A DNA stretch of 53,235 nt, the filler included, from Sphingomonadaceae bacterium (GTDB lineage Bacteria > Chloroflexota > UBA6077): the NCBI GenBank assembly GCA_050261575.1. It is 3 parts of 3 records of this genome, joined end to end, with 100 filler letters (N's around TTAATTAATTAA, not from the genome) between each part and the next. Parts side by side here need not be neighbours in the genome. Positions count along the whole stretch, not along the records: positions 1 to 28,021 come from JBLNDL010000091.1; positions 28,122 to 44,433 come from JBLNDL010000094.1; 1 more part is not named here. One strand, written 5' to 3'. Below, in pieces: positions 27,107-34,452 of this stretch. The position numbers and the translations under genes were made by a program. A model generated the notes under the pieces. It ran no database searches. It saw nothing but the letters and a program-made list of their open reading frames with translations, and was not told where the DNA came from. How positions within the stretch are numbered: position 1 is the stretch's first letter; the number at the start of each line of letters is the position of its first letter.

Positions 27107-27709
27107 TCAGCGGCGGTTGGCCTCGGGCTTCCACACCTCCCAGACCTTGCCGACGAGATCGGCGCCGGGCTTCAGGGTGGCCTGGCCGGGCAGCCAGTGG
27201 CACGGCGTGACCTCGCCGGTCTCTCGGGTGTGCTGGAAGGCCATGATCTGGCGGATCAACTCGTCGGAGTTGCGGCCCACCGACGGCGCCACCACCTCGA
27301 TGGCCTGGATGACGCCGTCCGGGTCGACGATGAAGGTGCCTCGGACGTCGACGCCGGCCTCCTGGTCGTAGACGCCGAACAGGGAGCCGATCCTGCCGTC
27401 GGGGTCGGCGAGCATGGGGAACGGGAGGCCGCCGTCCACCATCTTGGAGAGCTCGGCCTCCTGCCAGGCCCTGTGGACGTGGTGGCTGTCGGTGCTGATG
27501 GCGAGCACCTCCACCCCCAGGGATTGGAGCTCCTCGTAGCGGGTGGCGAGGTCGGTGAGCTCGGTGGGGCAGACGAAGGTGAAGTCGCCCGGGTAGAAGA
27601 AGAGGACGGCCCAACGTCCCTTGAAATCGCTGAGGGCCAACTGTCGGTAGTCGCCCTTGACGAAGGCTGTGGCCTTGAAGTCTGGGGCAGCCTTTTGGAC
27701 AAAGACCAT
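27107..27709 (-). CDS. Peroxiredoxin, AhpC/PrxU-like (Cys form)
   Basis: FFYPGDFTFVCPTE, RGTFIVDPDGVI, VGRNSDE, C-terminal LKPGADLVGKVWEVWK. Confidence 0.93.
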   Translation of the reverse strand: MVFVQKAAPDFKATAFVKGDYRQLALSDFKGRWAVLFFYPGDFTFVCPTELTDLATRYEELQSLGVEVLAISTDSHHVHRAWQEAELSKMVDGGLPFPMLADPDGRIGSLFGVYDQEAGVDVRGTFIVDPDGVIQAIEVVAPSVGRNSDELIRQIMAFQHTRETGEVTPCHWLPGQATLKPGADLVGKVWEVWKPEANRR

Positions 27710-27797
27710 GATGAACCCTCCGTGAAAAGGTTGATGGATGGTGCTTGGGTACCGCTCGGCCGGGCTGGGCGCGGGCAAGGAAGCCCGGCCAGGGGGG

Positions 27798-27826
27798 ATT
27801 GTAGCGCACCGCGAGGCCAGTGTCAA
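27798..27826 (-). promoter_or_regulatory. Sigma70 promoter of the peroxiredoxin gene
   Basis: TTGACA, 17 nt, TACAAT. Confidence 0.75.
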
Positions 27827-27894
27827 CCAAAAGGACCCAAATAGTCCGAAATGGCCCGGTAGAACGGTCCGGACCGGGCCGGCAGTGCCTCGGC

Positions 27895-28020
27895 TCAGGC
27901 CCCGAGCCGGTCGTACACCAGTCTCGATATCTCGGCTTCGGCTGAAACCGCCTCATTCGGGTCGACCGACCGGCCCATCACCACCAGCACGTAGCTGCCG
28001 CCAGGTCCCCACACGATGCC
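27895..28020 (-). CDS. C-terminal fragment of a class A beta-lactamase-like serine hydrolase (cut by contig end)
   Basis: Not in the ORF track. Manual translation gives GIVWGPGGSYVLVVMGRSVDPNEAVSAEAEISRLVYDRLGA*. Confidence 0.65.
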   Translation of the reverse strand, partial: GIVWGPGGSYVLVVMGRSVDPNEAVSAEAEISRLVYDRLGA

Positions 28021-28021
28021 G

Positions 28022-28121
28022 NNNNNNNNNNNNNNNNNNNNNNNNNNNNNNNNNNNNNNNNNNNNTTAATTAATTAANNNNNNNNNNNNNNNNNNNNNNN
28101 NNNNNNNNNNNNNNNNNNNNN
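28022..28121. other. Assembly gap with artificial linker
   Basis: N-run containing TTAATTAATTAA (stops in all six frames). Confidence 0.98.
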
Positions 28122-28123
28122 TC

Positions 28124-29719
28124 CCCACCTCGGGGGCCAAGCCGACGTGGGTGGCCGTGGACAAGGCTGGCGGTGTGTGGTACGCCGCCTCGGGGACCAA
28201 CTCCTTCGGCCGGGTGGCCAACGGAACGGTGACCGAGTACGGCATCTCCACCTCCAACAGCACCCCGTTCGGGATCGCCGTAGACGGCAGCGGCAACGTG
28301 TGGCTCACCCTGCAGTCTGCCAACAAGCTCGCCAAGGCGGTCGGCTTCGCCCCGGTGGCCACCGCTACCCCGATCGCCACCCCGCAGCCCACCCCGGGTC
28401 CGATGGTCCGGGACGAGAGGTTCTTCGAGCAGACGGGCTTCCGGATCGACAACGACGTCTTCTGGGACTACTTCAACAAGCGCGGCGGGCTGCGGACCTT
28501 CGGCTATCCCGTGAGCCGGACGTTCACATTCATGAACGCCACCACCCAGTTCTTCCAGCGGGAGATCATGCAGTTGGGGCCGAACGGCACCGTGCAGACG
28601 ATGAACGTCCTGGATCCGGGTCTGATGGAGTACACGAAGATCAACGGGAGCACCTACCCCGCCAACGACTCCTTCATCGCGGCGCAGGCTCCCGTCCCCG
28701 GCAGCGCGGACTACGGCACCAGGATCATCGATTTCGTGAGGAGCTACGCCCCGGACCGGTTCGAGGGGCTGAACGTGAACTTCTACCAGGCGTTCCAGAA
28801 CACGGTGACGCTGCAGGACGCCTATCCCGAGGGCGGCGGCAACCCATCGCTGCTCCCGCTGCTCAACCTGGAGATCTGGGGGGCGCCGACGAGCCGGCCC
28901 CAGAGGGACCCCAACAACGGCAACTTCGTCTACCTGCGCTTCCAGCGGGGGATCATGCACTACGACGCCACCACCGGCTACACCCAGGGGCTGCTGCTCG
29001 CGGACTACCTGAAGGCGATCATCACTGGGCAGAACCTGCCTGCCGACCTGGAAGAGCAGGCGAGGGGCAGCAAGCTCTACAGGCAGTACAACTCCGGCAA
29101 GCCCAACTGGGTGGACAGGCCGGATCAGTTGCCCGACACCAACTTCTTCTACGCCTTCGAGAGGGATGGGGCCCCCATGCCCACGCCGCTGCCGAGCAAC
29201 ACCACGGGCTGGTCGGCCACAGCCACGCCGGTCCCCTCCTCGGGTAGCCCGCCCGCCAACATCGAGGTGGTGGGGGATCAGAACTTCACCAACCAGGTGA
29301 ACGATGCCCTCAACCTGCTCTCCAGCAAGAGCCCGTACAACTACGGCATCGTCAAGCAGAACGTCTACCGGATCGAGTGGGTGGACAGCAGCACCTCCTC
29401 CGTCGACTACCCGACCCGCACCCTGAGGATCAACAGCGCGACGGCCTTCCCGTCGGACTGGAATAGCTTCAGGGATCAGCAGAAGCAGTGGCTGGCGGGG
29501 CTGATCGCCCACAACGCGGTCCACATCGGGCAGTACTACCGAGGGGCCGCGACGACGGGCGCGGACGCGGAGCGGGAGGCGCTGGAGCGGCAGCAGGACG
29601 TGATGGCTGGGGTGGAGACGAACAATCCCGCCGGCCAGTTCTGGAGGTACGTCCAGGAGGCGCTGAACGCGAACACCGGCTGGTTCGGCTGCTGGCAGTT
29701 GCCGAGGAGCCCGCAGTAG
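28124..29719 (+). CDS. Surface protein (5'-truncated): Vgb/NHL-like propeller blades, Chloroflexota-type repeat domain, zincin-like C-terminus
   Basis: Blades VAVDKAGGVWY / PFGIAVDGSGNVWLT, Pro/Thr linkers, RFFEQTGF..FWDYF..RGGLRTFGYPVS..QFFQR, C-terminal IAHNAVH...AEREA. Confidence 0.75.
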   Translation, partial: PTSGAKPTWVAVDKAGGVWYAASGTNSFGRVANGTVTEYGISTSNSTPFGIAVDGSGNVWLTLQSANKLAKAVGFAPVATATPIATPQPTPGPMVRDERFFEQTGFRIDNDVFWDYFNKRGGLRTFGYPVSRTFTFMNATTQFFQREIMQLGPNGTVQTMNVLDPGLMEYTKINGSTYPANDSFIAAQAPVPGSADYGTRIIDFVRSYAPDRFEGLNVNFYQAFQNTVTLQDAYPEGGGNPSLLPLLNLEIWGAPTSRPQRDPNNGNFVYLRFQRGIMHYDATTGYTQGLLLADYLKAIITGQNLPADLEEQARGSKLYRQYNSGKPNWVDRPDQLPDTNFFYAFERDGAPMPTPLPSNTTGWSATATPVPSSGSPPANIEVVGDQNFTNQVNDALNLLSSKSPYNYGIVKQNVYRIEWVDSSTSSVDYPTRTLRINSATAFPSDWNSFRDQQKQWLAGLIAHNAVHIGQYYRGAATTGADAEREALERQQDVMAGVETNNPAGQFWRYVQEALNANTGWFGCWQLPRSPQ

Positions 29720-29737
29720 GATCCAGCCTTCGATATC

Positions 29738-29770
29738 GTGGAGCGCGGTGCGCACGCGCCGCGCTCCTAC
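29738..29770 (-). repeat. GTAG-type REP palindrome
   Basis: Reverse complement is GTAGGAGCGCGGCGCGTGCGCACCGCGCTCCAC. Confidence 0.7.
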
Positions 29771-29944
29771 CGAGCTTCCGTCCCCTGTCGGGCGCAGGCG
29801 GGAGCGAGGCTCCCGCAATCGCCATCCCGTCTTGCCGCCGCCCGCATCATCCCCCTCGGCGTCGCTTGGGCACGGATCGTGATGGAGGAGCATCCTGCCC
29901 GTTCTCGGTGGCGATCCAGGGCCTAGAGGGGATGCGACGGCCGG

Positions 29945-30157
29945 ATGAAGCGGCAGCGTGTGGAGTCGAGCAACCTGCGTTCCGTGGGGTACGACGAGGC
30001 TCAGCAGATCCTGGAGATCGAGTTCTGGAGCGGCGGGGTGTATCGCTACTACGGGGTGCCCCCGGAGGTGTACCGCGAGCTTCTTGAAGCCTCTTCCAAG
30101 GGCAGGTACTTCCTCAGCAAGATCCGGAACGAATACCGGTACGCCAGGGCCGCGTGA
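29945..30157 (+). CDS. KTSC domain protein
   Basis: VESSNLRSVGYD...LEIEFWSGGVYRYYGVPPEVYRELLEASSKGRYF. Confidence 0.93.
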   Translation: MKRQRVESSNLRSVGYDEAQQILEIEFWSGGVYRYYGVPPEVYRELLEASSKGRYFLSKIRNEYRYARAA

Positions 30158-30164
30158 TGGGGCT

Positions 30165-30243
30165 GATCCGCAGATGCACGCAGACTGTGGCAGAGGCCGA
30201 TCCTGAGGACATCCTTGTGCGCTGATCTGCGACATCCGCGGAA
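30165..30243. repeat. ~80-bp CGCAGAT element, copy B
   Basis: GATCCGCAGATGCACGCAGA...GATCTGCGACATCCGCGGA. Aligns with the reverse complement of 33533-33612. Confidence 0.75.
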
Positions 30244-30280
30244 CCATCGCGGTTTCCCGTGCCGCCTGGAGCTTACCGTA

Positions 30281-30496
30281 ATGCCCGACGAGCCGCGCGA
30301 AGACATCGCTGGATCTGGCCATTCCCTTCGCCTCCGCTACTGCCCTCTGGAGCCCGGGGAGCCGGTTAGCTGGGAGGGGTGCGCCCGCTGCCCCCATCGC
30401 CCCGAGCCTCCTCTCACGATTTGCTCGGCGCACCGTCGAAACGCCATCCCCCGACGCCGAGGCTTCTGGGACCAGGAGTCGGTGGAAATGGGATGA
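30281..30496 (+). CDS. Hypothetical small Cys/His-rich protein (71 aa)
   Basis: ATG with GGAG upstream. YCPL...CARCPH...ICSAH pattern. No family recognised. Confidence 0.4.
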   Translation: MPDEPREDIAGSGHSLRLRYCPLEPGEPVSWEGCARCPHRPEPPLTICSAHRRNAIPRRRGFWDQESVEMG

Positions 30497-30509
30497 CCCC
30501 TACGTCGCG

Positions 30510-30518
30510 TGCTATAAT
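30510..30518 (+). promoter_or_regulatory. Extended -10 promoter upstream of the glycosylation cluster
   Basis: TG-C-TATAAT in an AT-richer intergenic stretch. Confidence 0.6.
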
Positions 30519-30644
30519 GAACGAAGCCTAAACAGGCATCTGTCAATTCCCTCGATCGGCAGTGTCCCTCCACGCCAATCGGTTTCGGGGGTACTTTTGC
30601 CAATCCAGGGAGCGGCTACTGCAGGACGAAGGAGCCACGGTCTC

Positions 30645-31394
30645 ATGAGGCCCAGTATCTCTGCCTTCTTTCCCGCCTATAACGATGCGGGTACGATCCC
30701 TAGCATGGTTATCGCCGCCGACATGACGCTGCGTGGCCTGACCGACGACTACGAGATCATCGTGGTCAACGACGGCAGTAGCGATCACACGGCCGAGGTG
30801 CTGGAGGAATTGAAGCGCAGCTATCCTCGCCTGAAGGTCGTGCATCACGAGAAGAACCGCGGCTACGGCGGGGCCCTCCGGAGCGGATTCGCCAACGCCA
30901 GCAAGGAGTTGGTGTTCTACACCGACGGGGACGCCCAGTACGATCCGCGGGAGATGGTGCGGCTGATGGAGGCGATGACGCCCGAAGTCGACGTGGTGAA
31001 CGGCTACAAGGTGAAGCGCTCCGATCCCATCCACCGGGTCGTGATAGGCAAGCTCTACCATTGGACGGTCAGGACGGCCTTCGGGCTCAAGGTGCGCGAC
31101 ACCGACTGCGACTTCCGGCTGTTCCGGCGCTCGGTCTTCGACAAGGTGCGGCTGGAGCGGGACAGCGGGGTGATCTGCGTGGAGATGATGAAGAAGGTGC
31201 AGGACGCCGGCTTCAACATCGCCCAGGTGCCGGTCAGCCACTACCATCGGGCCTACGGCCGCTCCCAGTTCTTCAACTTCGGGAGGGTCTTCCGGGTAGG
31301 CGTGGACTTGATCAGTCTCTGGCGGGAATTGGTGCTGGAGAAAGGTCTTCCCCAGGGCCAGGCCAAGACGGCAGCGGTGCAAAAGGACCAATGA
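30645..31394 (+). CDS. GT2 polyprenol-phosphate glycosyltransferase (DPM1/ArnC-like)
   Basis: FPAYND, VVNDGSSDHT, NRGYGGALRSG, YTDGDAQYDP, DTDCDFRLFRR. Confidence 0.92.
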   Translation: MRPSISAFFPAYNDAGTIPSMVIAADMTLRGLTDDYEIIVVNDGSSDHTAEVLEELKRSYPRLKVVHHEKNRGYGGALRSGFANASKELVFYTDGDAQYDPREMVRLMEAMTPEVDVVNGYKVKRSDPIHRVVIGKLYHWTVRTAFGLKVRDTDCDFRLFRRSVFDKVRLERDSGVICVEMMKKVQDAGFNIAQVPVSHYHRAYGRSQFFNFGRVFRVGVDLISLWRELVLEKGLPQGQAKTAAVQKDQ

Positions 31395-32395
31395 ACTCCG
31401 AGGGGGACTACGAGAGCTTCTACCGCGGCCGCTCCGTCCTGATCACGGGAGGGCTCGGCTTCTTGGGCAGCAATCTGGCCCACCGCCTGGTGGATCTGGG
31501 CGCAGACGTCCTGCTCGTGGATTCCCTCGTCCCCGACTACGGTGGCAACCTCTTCAACGTCGCCGACATCCAGGATAGGGTGCGCGTCAACGTCGCCGAT
31601 ATCCGCGACGAGAACAGCATGGACTACCTCGTGCGGTGGCAGGAGATCATCTTCAATCTCGCCGGCCAGGTCAGCCACATAGACAGCATGCGCGACCCCT
31701 TCACCGACCTGGAGATCAACTGCCGGGCTCAGCTCTCCATCCTGGAGGCGTGCCGCAAGTTCAACCCCAATGCGAAGCTGGTCTACGCCAGCACGCGGCA
31801 GATATACGGCAAGCCGCTCCGTCTGCCGGTGGATGAGATGCACCCCAAGCGGCCCACCGACGTCAACGGCATCAACAAGATGGCCGGCGAGTGGTACCAC
31901 ATCCTGTATAACAACGTCTACGGCATACGCGCCGTCTCCCTCAGACTCACCAACAGCTACGGGCCACGCCAGTTGATGAAGCACAACCGGCAGGGCTTCA
32001 TACCCTGGTTCATCCGGCAGGTGATCGATGGGGAGGAGATAAGCCTCTTCGGGGATGGAAGCCAGTTGCGGGACTTCACCTACGTGGACGACGTCGTGGA
32101 AGCTTTCCTGATGGCAGGCGCCAGCTCCAACGTCGACGGCGAGTTCTTCAACGTCGGGGGGGTGGGGCCCATCAGCCTCAAGGAGTTCGTGGAGACCCTG
32201 ATCGAGGTCGCTGGCCAGGGCAGCTATCGCCTGGAGCCGTTTCCCGCGGAGAAGCGCTCGATCGACGTCGGCAGCGTCTACTCCGACTACTCCAAGATCC
32301 GGAAGGCGCTGGGCTGGGAGCCGAAGGTGCCCCTCCGCGAGGGGCTGCGGAGAACGGTGGAGTTCTACCGGGAGTTCAAGGAGCAGTATTGGTAG
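31391..32395 (+). CDS. NAD-dependent nucleotide-sugar epimerase/dehydratase
   Basis: ATGA overlap with GT2 stop. TGGLGFLG, NGINK (variant of YxxxK), YGPRQ, RDFTYVDDVV. Confidence 0.92.
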   Translation: MNSEGDYESFYRGRSVLITGGLGFLGSNLAHRLVDLGADVLLVDSLVPDYGGNLFNVADIQDRVRVNVADIRDENSMDYLVRWQEIIFNLAGQVSHIDSMRDPFTDLEINCRAQLSILEACRKFNPNAKLVYASTRQIYGKPLRLPVDEMHPKRPTDVNGINKMAGEWYHILYNNVYGIRAVSLRLTNSYGPRQLMKHNRQGFIPWFIRQVIDGEEISLFGDGSQLRDFTYVDDVVEAFLMAGASSNVDGEFFNVGGVGPISLKEFVETLIEVAGQGSYRLEPFPAEKRSIDVGSVYSDYSKIRKALGWEPKVPLREGLRRTVEFYREFKEQYW

Positions 32396-32428
32396 ATCCG
32401 TAGGGAGTTAGGCCGATCGGGGGGTGGG

Positions 32429-33520
32429 ATGCGCATCGAGTTCAACGATCTGAAGCCCCAGCATCGGGAGATGCGGGACGAGATCCGCTCCGCGCTGGAC
32501 CAGGTGCTGGAGGATGGCTGGTTCATCCTCGGCAGGCAGGGTGAGGCCTTCGAGCGGGAGTTCGCCGACTACTGCGGGGTGGCTCACTGCGTGGCGGTGG
32601 GATCCGGCACGGAGGCGATCCACCTGGCCTTGCTGGCCTGCGGTGTCCAGCCCGGCGACGACGTGGTCACCGTGTCCCACACGGCGGTGCCAACGGCTTC
32701 GGCCATCTCCTTCGCGGGGGCCCGGCCGGTCTTCGTGGACATCGATCCCCGCACCTTCACCATGGACCCCGACAAGCTGGAAGCGGCCATCACCCCCCGC
32801 ACCAGGGCGATCCTCCCCGTGCACCTCTACGGCCAGGTGGCCGATATGGAGCCGATCCTGGAGGTGGGGCGCCGGCACGGGATTCCGGTTATCGAGGACG
32901 CCTGCCAGGCGCACGGGGCAGAGTACAGGGGGCGCCGGGCTGGGTCGCTGGGATCCTTGGCGGCTTTCAGCTTCTATCCCACCAAGAACCTCGGGGCCTG
33001 CGGCGACGGCGGGGCCGTGACCACCGACGACGCGGAGTTGGCCGACAAGTTGCGTCTTCTTCGGAACTACGGGCAGAGGAAGCGATACTTCCACGAGAGC
33101 AAGGGGTTCAACAGCCGACTGGACGAGATGCAGGCGGCTATCCTGAGGGCGAAGCTCCCGCACCTGAATCGTTGGAACGAGATGCGACGGGCCAAGGCCA
33201 GGCTGTACCACTCCCTGCTGAAGGGAGTGGTGCTGCCCTTCGAGGCCGACTACGGGCGCCACGTCTACCATCTCTACGTGATTCGCACCCCCCGGCGGGA
33301 CGAGCTGCAGCGTTTCCTGGCCGACAGGGGGATAGGCAGCCTGATCCACTATCCAGTGCCGGTACACCTCCAGGAGGCCTACCGGGATCTGGGGGTTCCG
33401 GCTGGCGCGCTCCCGGCCACGGAGCGGTGCGCCCGCGAGATCCTGTCGCTGCCGCTCTATCCGGAGCTACCCGACGAGCAGATCGCGGAGGTTGCCGAGG
33501 CAGTGAATAGGTTCCGGTAG
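32429..33520 (+). CDS. DegT/DnrJ/EryC1/StrS PLP sugar aminotransferase
   Basis: [41 protein letters not shown]. Confidence 0.96.
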   Translation: MRIEFNDLKPQHREMRDEIRSALDQVLEDGWFILGRQGEAFEREFADYCGVAHCVAVGSGTEAIHLALLACGVQPGDDVVTVSHTAVPTASAISFAGARPVFVDIDPRTFTMDPDKLEAAITPRTRAILPVHLYGQVADMEPILEVGRRHGIPVIEDACQAHGAEYRGRRAGSLGSLAAFSFYPTKNLGACGDGGAVTTDDAELADKLRLLRNYGQRKRYFHESKGFNSRLDEMQAAILRAKLPHLNRWNEMRRAKARLYHSLLKGVVLPFEADYGRHVYHLYVIRTPRRDELQRFLADRGIGSLIHYPVPVHLQEAYRDLGVPAGALPATERCAREILSLPLYPELPDEQIAEVAEAVNRFR

Positions 33521-33532
33521 GAAACCCTGACG

Positions 33533-33612
33533 GATCCGCAGGTGTCGCAGATCGGCGTAGATCGATACTCTCTGGATCGGTGCCTCGTCGCATCTGCGTG
33601 CATCGGCGGATC
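33533..33612. repeat. ~80-bp CGCAGAT element, copy C
   Basis: GATCCGCAGGTGTCGCAGATC...ATCTGCGTGCATCGGCGGATC. Confidence 0.75.
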
Positions 33613-33673
33613 GGCTCTGTTGGGCCCCCGACCTGAGCCTCTCATAGAGGGAGAGGGACACACAGAGTAGCCC

Positions 33674-34432
33674 ATGGAAAAAGAGCAATACGAGATCCTG
33701 TACCGCGTAGAGGAGTCCCACTGGTGGTACCTAGGGATGCAGCGGATAGTGGGCTCCTTGCTGGATAGACAACTGGTGAAGCGGAATGACCTGCGCATCC
33801 TGGACGCCGGATGCGGAACAGGCGGGATGGTGAAGTACCTGCGGCGCTTTGGCCACGTCGTGGGCATCGACGTGGCCGACGAGGCCCTTCGGCGCTGCAG
33901 GTGGCGCGGCCTCCGCCATCTGGCGCGAGCGTCGATCGAAGGGCTCCCCTTCGCCGACGAATCCTTCGACCTCCTGACCTCCTTCGACGTCCTCTACCAC
34001 AGGGCCGTGGTGAACGATCGCCGTGCGCTGGCAGAGTTCCATCGGGTCCTCAAACCCGGCGGGACGATCCTGCTCAGGGTGCCCGCCTACGACTGGCTCC
34101 GGGGAGGCCACGACGTGGCCGTCCACACCCGCCATCGCTACTCCCGGGGCGAGCTGATCCGCAAGCTACACGCCGCCGGTTTCCGGGTGAGACGGACCAC
34201 CTACGCCAACTCCCTGCTGTTTCCGGTTGCCGCCCTGAAGCGGCTGTTGGAGGGGGGGCACGCCCCGTCTCGGGGGGACCTCGGGCTGCCCTCTCCGTTG
34301 GTGAACAGGGTGCTGCTGGGGGTGCTCTCCCTGGAGGCCGCGTTGCTGCCGGCCGTCTCCCTCCCGTGGGGGCTCTCGGTGATGGCGGTGGCGGAGAAAG
34401 TGGTCAGCGATCGGCCGACGGCCGGTCGCTGA
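33674..34432 (+). CDS. Class I SAM-dependent methyltransferase
   Basis: EESHWWY, ILDAGCGTG, LPFADESFD, RVLKPGG, VPAY..HD..HRY. Confidence 0.92.
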   Translation: MEKEQYEILYRVEESHWWYLGMQRIVGSLLDRQLVKRNDLRILDAGCGTGGMVKYLRRFGHVVGIDVADEALRRCRWRGLRHLARASIEGLPFADESFDLLTSFDVLYHRAVVNDRRALAEFHRVLKPGGTILLRVPAYDWLRGGHDVAVHTRHRYSRGELIRKLHAAGFRVRRTTYANSLLFPVAALKRLLEGGHAPSRGDLGLPSPLVNRVLLGVLSLEAALLPAVSLPWGLSVMAVAEKVVSDRPTAGR

Positions 34433-34452
34433 CGGCTGATGGCAGGGAGCTG

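Noticed and set aside
27560..27600. Selenocysteine recoding in the peroxiredoxin
   Set aside because: The active-site codon is TGC and there is no in-frame TGA.
28022..28121. TTAATTAATTAA palindrome within N-runs (also 44434-44533)
   Set aside because: Artificial contig-joining linker. Adjacency across the gaps has no biological meaning.
28070..30433. Long antisense ORFs (787 aa here; also 35035-37254, 41161-43014, 50271-51971)
   Set aside because: Shadow ORFs opposite well-supported genes, expected at this GC content, with no recognisable motifs.
33811..34452. 214-aa N-terminal extension of the NPCBM-GH ORF
   Set aside because: It overlaps the methyltransferase in another frame. The ATG at 34453 has an RBS and gives a signal/TM start.
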